Positions 41,116-54,389 of a stretch of DNA of 64,000 nucleotides are shown here, piece by piece. Location of the stretch: the NCBI RefSeq assembly GCF_006345805.1, contig NC_043015.1, positions 3,534,001-3,598,000 of the forward strand. Reading direction: 5' to 3'. Under the pieces are notes generated by a model. It was not told the DNA's origin, ran no database searches, and was given only the letters and a program-made list of their open reading frames with translations. Both the position numbers and the translations under genes were made by a program. Each line of letters starts with the position of its first letter. The first letter of the stretch is position 1. The stretch is from Octopus sinensis. Its lineage: Eukaryota.

Positions 41116-44005
41116 TTAGATGAGGAGGGGGGGGGGGGAGTTGAGACCAAATGGCGTATAAGAGCGAAGAGAGAAGATTAATTCCTGTTCACGGCGCAAA
41201 CGGGAATCCGGATGGCCTCTGTGTAAGGACAAACCGAACACAGATAGGTGTTGCAAGGAGTGACTGGTGGAGCGGAAATGGCGTGAGACCGGTGTGTCGT
41301 TCGCAAGGTGGATGTCACGAAGGTGTTCCGCGAACCGGTCAGCCAAGCGGCGTCCCGTTTGTCCGATGTACAAGGAATTGCAGAGAGAGCAAGACATGCA
41401 ATAGATAATATTGCTGGAGGTGCAGGTGAAGGAGTGGATGATGGGATAGGGTCGATGGTGGGTGGTGTTGGAGAGGTAAGGGTAAGTGCGGCAACGTTGG
41501 CGGGAGCAGGGGAACGAGCCGGGTTGGGAGGTAGGGTCAGGGAAGGAGCTATGGACCAAAAGGTCTCGAAGGTTGTGGGCTCGTTTGAAAGAGGGGAGGG
41601 GTCGGTTAGGGAAGAGGTGTGAAGTGGACGGGTCGGACTGGAGATGACGGAAAGCTCGAAGAATGGTGCGTTGGAGACGTAGGGTCGTGGGGTGGTAAGT
41701 GAGGGGAAAAGGGAGGCGGGAGACTACAGGGCGGGTTCGGGGAGAGAGAGCAGATACACGGTCCACGGACCGTGCTCTGGCAAGGGCGGTGTGGATAGTG
41801 GTGGGGGTATCCACGTAGGGTGAAGTGGTGAGCCATACGTTGAGACTGAGTCTCAAAGTCATGGTCGTCACTACAGAGCCTACGTAGACGGAGGAATGGG
41901 AATAGGGGATGGAAAGCTTGGTGTGTTCTGGGTGGGAGGAAGAGAAGTTGAGGTATGAGTGTGAGTCTGTGTGTTTGTAGTGAATGGAGGTGGTAAGAGT
42001 GGAGTGAAGAATGCTAACCGAAATGTCGAGGAAGGAGACAGAGGTGTTGGAGATAGTGGAAGTGAAGTGGAGGGCTGGATGGAAAGATTGGACGAAAGAG
42101 AGGAAGGAATCTAGATGTTCGCGGGAGAGAGTGAGGTGGCACCGATGATGTCGTCAATATAACGACCATATAGTTCAGGGTGGGACCAGTGAAATTAGAG
42201 AATATTTGGGCCTCAACATAGCCAACGAACAGGTTCGCATAGTTGGGGCCCATTCGCGTTCCCATGGCCACTCCCGAGACCTGATGGTAGAACTCGCCCG
42301 CGAACGAGAAGCAGTTCAGAGTAAGGACAAGTTCGGCCAGACGAATGAGTGTGGAGGTGTCAGGTACAGGGTTAGAGCGGAGGTCAAGAAAGTGTCGAAG
42401 GGCCTGCAGTCCTTCGTGGTGAGGGATAACAGTATAGAGGCTTTGGATGTCCATAGTAAAAAGGATTTTGGAGGAGCCGGGAGGAAAGGAGAAAGAGTTG
42501 AAAAGCCGGAGAGCATGGTTGGTATCGTGGATGTGGGAGGGAAGAGATGCCACTATGGGGGCAAGGACACGGTCGAGGTATTTAGAGATGATTCGTGGGG
42601 CAGTTACAGGCGGAGACGATGGGGCGGCCAGGGTTGTTGGGTTTGTGGATTTTGGGGAGGAAGTAAATGGTGGGGGTACGTGGGGTTCGCACAACTAGGT
42701 TGGATGCGGTGGGGGGGAGACGGAGAGGACGAGATGAGGTCTTGGACAGTAGAGGATACCGTCTGTTGGTAGCTACGTGTGGGGTTAGAGGGCAGAGGGG
42801 AATAGAAGGAGGTGTCATTGAGTTGGCGGAAAGCCTCGGTCCTATAGAGGTCCGCGCGCCACACCACTACAGCTCCACCCTTGTCAGCCGGTTTGATGAT
42901 AATGTCAGCGCGCCGTTGGAGGGAACGAAGAGCCAAGAGCTCAGCCGGGGAGATGTTGAGGCGGCGTTGGCGCCTGGAGAAGTTGAACCGCTCCAATGCA
43001 CGCTGACAAGCGCCCGCGAAAAGATCCACTGCTAGGATCTGGCCAGGGGCAGGCGTCCACGGGGATGGTCGGCGGCCCAGGCCAGTGAAGCAGTCGTCCT
43101 CTTCGTTGGGTGTGGGTGGCGAGTCGTGGTAATGCGCACCCAACCGGACACGGCGCACAAAGCTGTGGACATCAACTCGCGTCTGGAATTCCTTACAGGA
43201 TGGAGTGAGGGGGATGAAACACAGACCCCTACCAAGGACGGAGCGTTCAGCCGCAGAGAGGGGAAGATCGGGGGGAATGGTAACAACAGACGGAAGTGGA
43301 GAGGGGTGGGTGGAATAGAAGTAGGAGGGGTGGTAGGTCTCGTGGAGGTCTGAGGGGGAGGGATTGGGGAGGTGTGTGGGGGGTGGTTGGGCGGGGCAGT
43401 AGGGTTAGGTGTAGGTGGATGGAGCCTAACGGGAGGGGAGAAGGGGTTGTAGGGAGGGGCAGTGGGATTAGGTGTGGGTGGATGGATCCTATCGGGAGGG
43501 GAGAAGGGTGGTGGAGGAGTTGGGGTAGTGGCGTCGGGTAGGGTGGAATGGAAGAGTGATTGGAGTTTACGAAGTTTGGTATCAGAAAGAAATTGATGGA
43601 AGAGTTGATTCAAATGGATAATGAAGCGTAGCGTGTTTGGAGCATAGAGGCGGCAGAGAGAGAAGAAGGTGGAGAAAGCAGGAGGAAGAAGGCGGTTGAT
43701 GGCATGTAGTTTGGAGAGATTGGAGCGAATGGTGGCCCGCATAAGCGGTAAGATGTGGTGCGGAGTATGGGTAAGATGGAAGAATCCGAGTGGAGAGCAG
43801 GGTGGAAGTGGAGGCGGAAACCTTTAGGGATGAGTCGGTGATGTAGGCAGCGGCTTAGGAAAGAGACATGGCTAGAGAAGCGGGTTTTTTTAAAAAGAAG
43901 TAGAGAGAGATTAACGGACGGCTGAAGGCAATATACAGGAAGTGAACGTAGATGATCCTTCAAACGGTGATGGAGGGTGAGGAGGTAGGACCTAGGATCC
44001 GGCAT
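41116..44005 (-). pseudogene. PLE polyprotein (N-terminal domain, Pro-rich linker, RT, GIY-YIG endonuclease), frameshifted
   Basis: ATG at 44005 (MPDPRS..FLSRCLHHRLIPKGF); IIIKPADKGGAVVVW; IYFLPKIHKPNNPGRPIVS; LFTMDIQSLYTVIP; GVAMGTRMGPNYANLFVG; RYIDDII (~42140-42165); NIIYCMSCSLCNSLYIGQTGRRLADRFAEH. At least 5 frame changes. Confidence 0.9.
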
Positions 44006-44676
44006 GATGGGATAGCGAAAAAAAACGTTCGAAAAAACAAAAAAACAAAAAACAAAACTTATCGTATGAAAAAAATAGAAAAAAAGGATAGCGAAAAAAG
44101 GGGAAAAAACAAAAAAATAATAATCGTATGAAAAAACTAGATAAGTAAGCGATAGGGGCAGAAAAGACGGGGCAAACGGAAAAGGGAAAGAAAGAAGGGA
44201 AGCAGAGAGAGGGGGAGGCAAGAAAAAGGGGGGTGCAGGCAGAGAGGAAACGGAGTATGGACATCCAGAGAGGGAAAGAAAGACGGAAAGGAGAACAAAA
44301 ATTCAGGAAAATGTGGAAAGCATGAAATGAATGTAAAAAAAGTGGTAATATAAGAGAAAATAAAAAGGTTGAAAGTTCAAGGTGAGAAATGTGTAGACGT
44401 CGTGGTATATTTTTTAAGGATTTCACATCAATGCAAAGTCACTTTGATCCACGAAAGAGAGGTGCAGCCAATGGTAAGTATCCAAGAGGTAAAAAAAATC
44501 CAAGGTAGAGGTAAGTGTTGATAGTGGTATTGGTAGAATATAGGATGAAAGTGAGACCACGTGAGCGCATAATATATAACGGGAAGCTTTATGAAAATAA
44601 ACAAAAGACGAAGGCAGGTGGAAAACAAACGAACAATTGTATTAGTATGGCGCTCAGGAAATATAAATAAAACAAG

Positions 44677-44714
44677 TCTTTAACGTTTCGAGCCTACGCT
44701 CTTCAACAGAAAGA
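44677..44714 (-). ncRNA. Minimal hammerhead-like motif in the 5' pseudo-LTR
   Basis: Identical to 40276-40313. Confidence 0.6.
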
Positions 44715-45420
44715 TACACAGAGAGAGAAAAACACAGAAAAAGAAGGAGAGAAAAAAAATGCGTGCAGTAGCTAACGAATCAACATGGCGATCTGATTTC
44801 GGCCAGAGGTCAAAGATCAAACATGAGACGCGAGAGCGAAATAAGGGGAGATAATAGGGTTGATAAAAGGGTTGAGGGACCAGCTAAAAGTACGTGGGAG
44901 GGGTCTGGATGTGTGTATGTATAGGGTTGGTGTATGTATTAGTATGTATAAGGGTGTGTGTGTGTGTGTGTGTGTGTGTATGAGAGCGTATTAGTGCGTA
45001 GGATTGGTCTGGACGTGCGTATGTATGGGGTTGGTGTATGTATTAGTATGTATTAGTATGTATTAGTACGTATTGGTATGTATAGGTGTGTGTGTGTGAG
45101 AGAGAGTATAAGTGCGTATGCGGGGTCTGGACGTGTGTATGTATAGGGTTGGTGTAAGTATTAGTATGTACTAGTATGTATTAGTACGTATTAGTATGTA
45201 TTAGTTGGTGTGTGTATTAGTATGGCACATCATATGTGATGTGATGTTGTAATGTCATGTGTGTGTAGTGAGGAGGAGAGGGGTGGAGGGTGAGGGGGAG
45301 AGAAGAGGGGGAGAAGGGAGGGGAAGAAGAGGGGGAGGAGAAGGGGAAGAGGGAGGATGGGGGAGAAGGAAGGGGAGAGAGGGAGCAGAGGGAAGGGGAA
45401 GAGGGAGGGAGAAAGAGGGA

Positions 45421-45839
45421 TATATATATTATATATTATATATATATATATATTATATATATACATACATATACATACATAGATATATACATATATATAG
45501 TTATTCATTTATATTTGTTTATTTATCTGTGTATTTATTATGTTTTCGGGATCCTCTATCGTCATATGTTGTGGTGTGTGCTATGCTCCATTCTAGTTTT
45601 CTATACAGGCTTATATGTGTAGCTTCTGTAATTTGTCTAATTGTTGCATCTGTTCTATGTGTGGACAATATCTTAATCTCTATGTTATTGTTCGGAGTGT
45701 GACGAAAGAACTCTGGCCGAAATAAGATTAAGATTAATGTAAAAAATAAATATCACTGAAGCAAAATAACACCAAATATATAGTGCGTGTGTTTTTATTG
45801 GCTAAACTGGCAATATGACCATTCCGAAATATAACAATA
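45421..45839 (-). mobile_element. 5' part of PLE family B: inverted copy of its 3' end (45694-45839) + GIY-YIG C-terminus-like ORF end (45520-45693)
   Basis: Minus strand NNNIEIKILSTHRTDATIRQITEATHISLYRKLEW resembles the PLE EN end motif IL...R.I.EA..I...N.K.EW; 146-bp inverted repeat with 39564-39709. Confidence 0.5.
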
Positions 45840-46189
45840 AATTTAAATCATAAGTTTTAGAAATTCAAAATAGCACAATTGTATAAATTGTATAAATGAT
45901 TGATTATATTATCAGTTTTCTGTGATATTTGTATTCTCATAGAGATGCTGGAGTATGTTGTCTACACATGTTATATATTTATTGAAAGCTGTACAATTCT
46001 GCGGTTTTTAAAACTCTTATGATGTTAGCTATTTACATTATTTAATTTTAACGGATATTTGTCCTCATCTTGCTTGTTTTCAAAACAACGTTTCGGATCA
46101 AAACCACTAAAACCAACCCTGTAGCTGCGATAAGTTGATGATACCTATATACTCTGGTCGCACCAGGAAAATAACCAAGTACTCATAGA

Positions 46190-46620
46190 TCATGTGAACT
46201 AAATAAAGCCATCAACACAGTTCACAATGGAAAAGGAAAAAGACAATCAGCTAGTATTCTTGAATGTATTAATGATACACAGCGAGTATAGATCCAGGAT
46301 ATCTGTTTAACGCAAGCCAACCTAAATGGACGATTCTTCAGTCTCGATTCCAACCATCAATACAGTGTAACGAGTGGGATTGCTCATGGAGCAAAGAATA
46401 TAGGAAGCAATACTGATAAACACCACGAAGAAATGATCAAGCTAAGTAACAATCTATTAAGCAACCAATACCCAAAAGACATACTATCCATTCCAATTAT
46501 TAAGAGAAGGATGAAACCCATAAACAGACCACAGTCTGTCTGCCCTCGGTGAAAGGTCTCGCCGAAAAGATGCAAAAGATATGTGGCCCGTATGACACCA
46601 GGACAGTAATACAGCAATTC
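46190..46620 (+). pseudogene. Decayed Penelope-like RT C-terminal fragment
   Basis: QFTMEKEKDNQLVFLNVL, SV*RKPT, DSNHQYSV, ICGPYDTRTV; stops and frameshifts. Confidence 0.7.
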
Positions 46621-46779
46621 GCAAATGGTGTGTATCGCGATCACTACTTATATTCTTTGCACGATGTTTTAGGCACTGAGCAATCCCTCTCTTTACACTG
46701 TATGAATGGTGTGTTCAATAGCGATCTGTTAAGCAACAACCCCAAAAGTAGCATAAATCATTTCCCCCCTTTTGTATTT

Positions 46780-47700
46780 TGGGAGGAGGAGGGATACAAC
46801 CCTCTCAAGAGAACAAAGGAAAAACATTTCGTGAAAAAATAATTGAAGAAGAACACATTTCATTGATAGAAGAACCTGAATCCTGCTATCTTGGGCATTT
46901 CGCTGTTACGATGGGTTCTGCAAAAGCCATTTACAATGGCTTGTTGAATTATTTGAAAACCAATGAGATAGTAACCAATCAAATGATAGATGTACGTTGC
47001 GATAGTATCAGGACAAACAAAAGGCACCATTAGACATTTCAAGGATAAATTGAAGAAGCTCTTGCATTGGCTTGTGTGCCAGCTCCATGCAAATGAACAT
47101 CTCTTACGCCATTTTATTATTGAACTAGACTAAAAAACTACCAGGCCTCGTGGATTTCTTGGACCGATTGGTAAGAGACTGAAGCGATGTGAAACGCCAA
47201 GTGTTGTGAAATTTAATCAGATTCCACCGTACATACCATCAGTAGACAGAAACGATCTCTGTATTGATAAAAAGTACCTTTTTGATACCCACCAGCCTAT
47301 TTCTGAAGGGAAACAATCATCTAAAATGGCATGAATGAATCCCCGTAAACTGGCGTATTTTCGATGGCTTACAACTGAAAATCGTATATTTTCGTCATGT
47401 GTTGTCATTGAGAAGCTTTCGAACACGATGTAATTAATTGTTGCTTACATAAATAATATTTATGTGCCAATGTGGTCTACAATTAAAAATAAACTCTTTC
47501 TTGTAGTATAATGGGGCTTTAAATGTGTCCAAGATGATAGGTTCTTTCAGCAAAATCGATCAAGCGGTTCAAGACATTGTATTTCCAGTTATACAAAGGA
47601 ATGCTTTCTTCGCACACCCAGAAAATATTTTACAGGCTGTGATAAACGATTAACGGAGCTACATTCCAGAACAAACTTACAAGCTATTTCCCACGCATCC
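46780..47700 (+). pseudogene. Decayed DDE transposase-like ORF (resembles the hAT-related cc8K15.2-like invertebrate family)
   Basis: IEEPESCYLGH..GSAKAI; LHWLVCQLHANEHLLRHFIIELD*KTTRPRGFLGPIGKRL; RWLTTENRI; PVIQRNAFFAHPENIL. Family assignment is from motif recall only. Confidence 0.6.
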
Positions 47701-48578
47701 TGTATTTCGAAACAATACCATGAGAAGACTGAAATTTGTTGAGAATATACACGACAAAATGAAATTATCTTCATCACGCAGCATTGTATAAATTTCAATA
47801 GCTAATGATTTTGTTTTATATAACTGGCTCTATAGAAAACTTCCAAAAACAATTTGACAGCCATCTGTGAATATCATGAATGCTCTCAGAAATATTATGT
47901 GACAAGTTATACTCCAATTACCCTGTTGTTTATTTTATAATTTTTTAACCGATTGTAAAAGTGAACTGGCCATAATCATGGATGCTTACAACACTTTCAT
48001 ATGTTCTGATGTGCGTGATTTCTTTTAACCTCAAGGAAGCAACAGTGTTGACATTAAATACACAAAGCCGATAAAATACTATCAATGACAGCAGGAGACA
48101 GACTTTAGTGCCATCATGACCACGAATACCCACTGAATATATAAACATCAGAAAACAGCTATGTATTGCTTCCTTCAATGCAGCCAGAGATAAACGTCGA
48201 AAAGATTCCCTTGATATTTAACATCTCAAACACAACCAACACACATACATACACACACGCAATCACACACAGACAGTCATGTATCTATATTGCTGTATTT
48301 CTAAACAATTGGAATTCATTATTGCTGTATTAACTCTCAATGTGAAGTTCTTTTTTTACTCAGACACCGGAATATTTTCTCTAGATTCGACTCCCAAATG
48401 AACCCGTCTCGGATCTTCTATATTGCTGTATCTATATTGCTGTACTTCTGTCTATCTGTATGTCTATATAGCTGCCTATCTGTCTGCCTGTCTGTATATC
48501 TTTCTAGCTATCTATGTATATATCTATATCTATAACTACCTATCTATCTATCTATGTATCTATGTATCTATATATCTA

Positions 48579-48664
<86 letters not shown>

Positions 48665-48667
48665 TAA

Positions 48668-49054
48668 TCTTTTACTCTTTATTCTTTTACTTGTTAAAGT
48701 CATTTGATTGTGGCCATGGTGGAGCACCGCCTTTTAGCCGAGCAAATCGACCCCAGGATTTATTCCTTGTAAGCCTGATAATTATAATATCGGACACTTT
48801 CACCGAACCACGAGGTTACGGGGACCTAAACACACCAGCATCGGTTGTCAAGCTATATTGGGAGGGGGGACAAACAAAGTCACACAAGCCTACACACACA
48901 CATACACAATAATATACACAGTTTCCGTCTACCAAATCAAAGCTTCGGTCGGCCCAAGGCTATTGTAGAAGACCCTTGCTCAAGGTGCCACGCAGTGGGA
49001 CTGAACCCAGAAACTCATGTTTTGGGAAGCAAGCTACTTAACACAGAGGCACAC
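48668..49054 (-). mobile_element. SINE family 1, diverged, with tail
   Basis: Reverse complement matches the family 1 head, body and (GAGTAAAA)-like tail. Confidence 0.82.
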
Positions 49055-52013
49055 CTATGGGTTCAAAACATGCTTTCAGTTTCACAATATTTTATCTTGA
49101 ATAAAATTTCTCGCCATAGAAAAATCGATGTGAATACATTGTCAGAACAGAGCGTTCTCCAAAACGATGCATGATATTAGCAGTGGTTATCTACTCTTCG
49201 GCAAAAGAGACTAGAAATACACACACTGTGAACTGACTCCACGGACAATATCCTCCTTTGATATGCACATTATCATTCACTTACTGTTTGCACTAATCAA
49301 TGACTCACCGAACATTAAATACGGAGTGACAACGCTAGTAAGTTACGTGTATAAATACAAGTGGTTACCTATTTAAACATTGTCCGCAATCATTGAACAG
49401 GGAGCTTCTTTCACTGAACAGTTTCGTTATAATATTAATTAAAAACAAATCTTGCCTGGCTTCTATGGCAGAATATAACTTTTGTACTTTCCGTTTTCTG
49501 CAGGAGATAACTTCCCTAAAATTAATAGCACTTTTTTTTTCTCGTCGGGCCATCTTTTAGCCTCTAATTTGAATAAAATATGTTGAAAGGTTTATAGCTG
49601 ATTTCTTAAACTGTGTTTGCTTCGCTGAATGTGAGTACGAACCTGAAGTATTTTCCGAATCCTTGAACATTAATCGTAACTGCTGGCTTTGTTGCTGTTG
49701 CTGTTGTTGTTGTTGTTGCTGATGATGTTACTCTTGTTGCTGTAGTTGATGTTGCAACTGAACCACGAATGCCAATAAGCCCTTCTTTTTAAACGATTTT
49801 CTTTGCTTTCATACAAAAGAAAATTGTTTTAAACTCTAGCGCAAGCTTCGAACAACTCTTCGCTACTTTTATATTCTGGAGTTCGGAAGAAAGTATAAAA
49901 TTTATGCCTTCCTGTTACTATGACACTAGATTCAATTCTCTATATCTCGGCTATCAGTAAACTGCTTAGCAACGCGAAATGTCGATCGCTCACAGTTCTT
50001 TGTTTTATAACAGTGATTCCGTCCACCTTTAGTCACTTAGTGAGTGGTCGAAATTCTTCCACAGCAATATTCTTGAGAATAATCTTGAGAATTACTAAAG
50101 AATTTCCTTAGACAATAGAGAAAATTCACAACAATAAAGACTTTGAATCATTCACCATTTCGCCAATCTGTAGCAAATCACAGCTTAGAATTAAATTTGC
50201 AATTATTTCTTGTGAGATTACACAAACTTTTACTTAACATATTTTGTTACTGAAAGTTATATAACACAATTTAACGCACAAACTGGAATTTCATGCCATC
50301 AAACATTGACAGCATTTCAGATAGGTGTCGATAAATATAAAAATACATTATTACAGTTATCAAGTCAACACGCAAAGGCAATATTCTAGAAACTTGCAAT
50401 TTAAATATATAATTTATATTCTGAGAGAAATTACTTATAATCTGCAGTGCAGATCTTAAAGCATTTCCTGGAGATCTATCACATAATATTCTTTCACACC
50501 GTACAGTTTCATTGAACTATATTTTATAGCAAACATATATATAAAGGCACGTTTTCCTGTCTGTATACATCTTGTTTTTGTTTTTGTGTGATAGCGTACA
50601 TGGTTAGTTTTGCTCACATTAAATCATTCCTCAGGTAAATAAGTCTTTACACCCCAAAATATGTATTGTGACAAAACTTGATTTTATGAATATTGATATT
50701 GATTAGTTTCTTTACATTATATTCATAGAAGCACCTTTTCTCACATTGTAATTAAAACAGACTGTTGTATTTGACGCCGATAAGCAACGCAAATATTCAA
50801 TTTGCATCACGAACAGTTACAAAAATGCACAAAAGCCAACACGTCTCGATGGATTCGGCATTCACTAGTCGGCAAATATTTCCCGTCAAACTTACCATAC
50901 ACAAAAGGAATGAGCAATCGGAACTGCCCATACGCTATATATTGGTACGCAGTCACTGAAAACACATCCCCACGGTCTTGTAATTCAACACATTTTGAAC
51001 GATACACACCCAGAAATATACTGAACTAAAAAAAATAAAATCCCCGATTGTAAATGAATTATGCAACAGATATATTGTCATCATTCGGACGCATTACACG
51101 AGAGCACAAGACGACTGACAACCGCTCTATCTGACTTTGCAGAGGAGCCCATAAAGTCCCAGATTCATAAAATGGATTTTGAGTATGACTAACCGAAGAA
51201 AAGGTAAAATTACTGGCCTAAAATCATTCTGGGGAAAATATACTAATAAGGTAAACTGTATCAACTAACGCAGCGACTAGCATAATAATCTGTGAGATAC
51301 GGCGCTTTAATACCATAAAAATATATCATATGCTAAACTTCATTCTACTGACAGATATCTGTATTTATAATTCATTCTAGGGAACAGCAATTGATACACA
51401 ATGAGGCAGAATTAAAAGATGTCGAAATCTCAAAACGAAATGGTAGTGAAAATAAAAGCGCAAGCACATCTATAGCAATCCCAGCAACAGAAAAAAACAT
51501 GGCCCAAAGAAAATCGAAAAATAAAATTGCAAACAATACCTTCGATAAGTTCTGATATAGAAAAAGCACGAATGATTTGATTCATCCCAAAAACAGTGAT
51601 CGTAAAATGTGGCATATGAAATAGATACAAGCACAAATAATTTGCTCATTTATCAATACTGGAAGCCAGCCTGTAACAAAAGCCGGCAGGCATAAGAAAA
51701 TAATACACCCACAAATATGTAATAGACAACGATGTGATCGAAAACACCCTTTTACACAAGAGAATTGCAAACACTTACGACTAATCACGTACAAACACAA
51801 CAAGATACCATAAGAAATTCACTCTACATTTCTGTCGTCTTTCCTCAATGGGTAACTGTAAGGTTACAAAACATAAACACAAAAACGCAATTACTTTTGT
51901 GAGTTATGGAGGATGTGTTTGTATGTTTGTACACACACTAAGGCAAGTACGTTCATACACACAAACATCCATACGTACATATATAGGTATGGATGTATGT
52001 GTGAATATATGTA

Positions 52014-52564
52014 TTAGGTTGTCCGATTTATAGTAGCTTACATTTCGACTTTATTTAGAACGGGTTCGAATCCCTAAAATAGGATTTGACTACACCTCCA
52101 TTTAGAGCAAAGTTTAAGCTATCTTTTCGTGGAAGAAGGTTTATGTTCCTATAAACTGTGTTAATTATGTAACCCTTTAAAATGGAAGTTAAGAAAGTTT
52201 ACTTTCGGCATTTGATGCTTTGGGAACCAGAGAGAAATTGCTGCAGCTCGGCTGGGATGTGTTACCCCACCCTCCATATTCATCAGATATTGCTCCGTCA
52301 GATTTCCATATATTCAAGTCTCTACAGAATAGTATTGATGTTAAAAAATTCAATTCCTTGGATGACGTAAAAAGATACCTTGATGCATTCTTTTCCATGA
52401 AACCACTTCAATTCTGGGAAGAAGGTATTTTCAAGTTAAAGGAAAGATGGAGACGCATTGTGCAACAAAATGGTTCATATTTGGTTGATTAAAAAAGTAA
52501 TAACATGTATTTATTGAACCTTTCTTTCTTTCAAAAATTGGCATGAACCTTTCGGACAACCCAA
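52014..52564 (+). mobile_element. Internally deleted mariner transposon with TA target-site duplication
   Basis: TIRs TT(A/G)GGTTGTCCGA at both ends; TA at 52012-52013 and 52565-52566. The N-terminus MEVKKVYFRHLMLW is joined to the C-terminus LGWDVLPHPPYSSDIAPSDFHIFKSLQN..GIFKLKERWRRIVQQNGSY. Confidence 0.9.
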
Positions 52565-52973
52565 TATGTACATTCCTACATATGCATGTATATGCGTCAA
52601 TCTTTTTTGAGATATTTTCATAGTTCCCTTTCAATTCGTATTTTAACTCCGATTGATAAATTTGTGTTATAATGAGTTTTCAAATATACAAAAATTTAAC
52701 TGGTATTTGTAGCTCTTCAATATACTGGTACAGTCGAAAAAAATCGTCGATCATTCTTGTTGCAGTCCCCATTTAAAAATGGGATGATCTCACTTCATAT
52801 TCTTGTTTACATATGTGTGTGAATGTGAATGTCTACACTGCACAGTAACATACGTAACAAATTTTAAGGATAGTCTTTGCCAAGATGCTTCACTCTACGT
52901 GCTTCAGCAACCTTACTGTGGGAATGGACCAGACACTTATTTTTCAAAACTCGTACATAAATACTAAAATACA

Positions 52974-53054
<81 letters not shown>

Positions 53055-53074
53055 TTGTGTGTATGTATATATAT

Positions 53075-53378
53075 AAAATTCAATATGGGTAGAAATTGAT
53101 ATTAATCAATTAAAACCAGTGGCCTAGCATATTAAAAAAATCCGAAGATTAATATATTTTTACATACAAAATTTAAAGGACTAACCACTAAACGTGGACA
53201 GTCAATATGCTAGATATAGACGTCAAAATCGCTATTTTCCACGAAAAATTTGTTCACAAGAACACATGAGTTTTTTTTCTTGAGAACACATTCTTCGTGG
53301 AAAATAGCGATTTTGACGTCTATATCTAGCATATTGACTGTCCACTTTGAGTGGTCAGTCCTTTCAATTTTGTATTTA
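53075..53378. repeat. Fold-back remnant related to the 540-bp HHR family
   Basis: CAATTAAAACCAGTGGCCTAGCATATTAAAAAAATC resembles 26375-26402. Inverted arms at ~53166-53245 and 53294-53375; the inner 52 bp are perfect. Confidence 0.7.
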
Positions 53379-54214
53379 ATATATATATATCACATAAGTA
53401 AATTTATACATTCATTTAAAAAACATATATGCTTAGGTAAGCATGTATTTATATATATAGTTATATAGATTCGTGTACTTGTCCAGGCATGTGTCTAAGT
53501 TTCGGATATGTAGCATAAAGTTATTGACAGATATATGAGAAGGGGACAAATTAGGTGAAGGTAAAATAACGAAATGTGCAAAAGCTGTATAAGAATGTGC
53601 GGAATCGAAAAAAAAAAAGAAGAAACGAAAAATAAACAAAAAAAAACGTTTACGGGAGAATATTTCATCATATACTGTAACGATTAGATAATGAAAGTTC
53701 GCTTCAAGTAAAAGGGCGCCTTACAATTGGAGAATGACGCTTAGATGTCGGAACCTGATAAAATTCATAATAACTGGCATTCAGATGAGCAGAAGGCGTC
53801 AGTAATGCCAGATAATCGGTATGGCAGCGATCACCATTACATAATAGATTTATGAAACATTCACGTGAGGCATACAAAATATTTTTTTAAGAGACGTTCA
53901 CCGTCGTCAAACTTAGGTAGATCAACGTCCTACCTGTCCACAAAATCCGAATTTCAATAAGGGTATTATATATTGAAATGTGTAAGGATAAAGATATGAG
54001 AAATAGAGAAGGAAAATAGTATATGTTCTGGGGTATGTGATTCGTGTGCATGTGTGTATTTATGTGAGCCTATAGGTATGTATGTATATATCTGTATCTC
54101 TCTACTTATTTATATATACCTATCTCTCTCTATCTATCTATCTATCTATCTATATCTATCTATCTATCTATCTATCTATCTCTATCTATCTATCTATATC
54201 TATCTATCTATCTA

Positions 54215-54253
<39 letters not shown>

Positions 54254-54310
54254 TATATGTGTGTGTGTGTGTGTGGTGTGTGTGTGTGTGTAAAACATAT
54301 ATACACATAC

Positions 54311-54341
<31 letters not shown>

Positions 54342-54355
54342 ATATATACCTACAT

Positions 54356-54389
<34 letters not shown>

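Larger units (their letters stand above)
40176..45420 (-). mobile_element. Near full-length Penelope-like retroelement (Penelope/Poseidon-type) with ~850-bp direct pseudo-LTRs (40176-41035 and 44577-45420)
   Basis: The terminal direct repeats align from ATAACGGGAAGCTTTATG (offset ~4401) through to the purine-rich tract. Internal RT and GIY-YIG motifs; TA tracts at both ends. Confidence 0.92.

Noticed and set aside
41151-43541. Plus-strand Gly/Arg-rich ORFs (41151, 41308, 42206, 42447, 42667, 43126, 43296)
   Set aside because: Antisense shadows of the PLE polyprotein.
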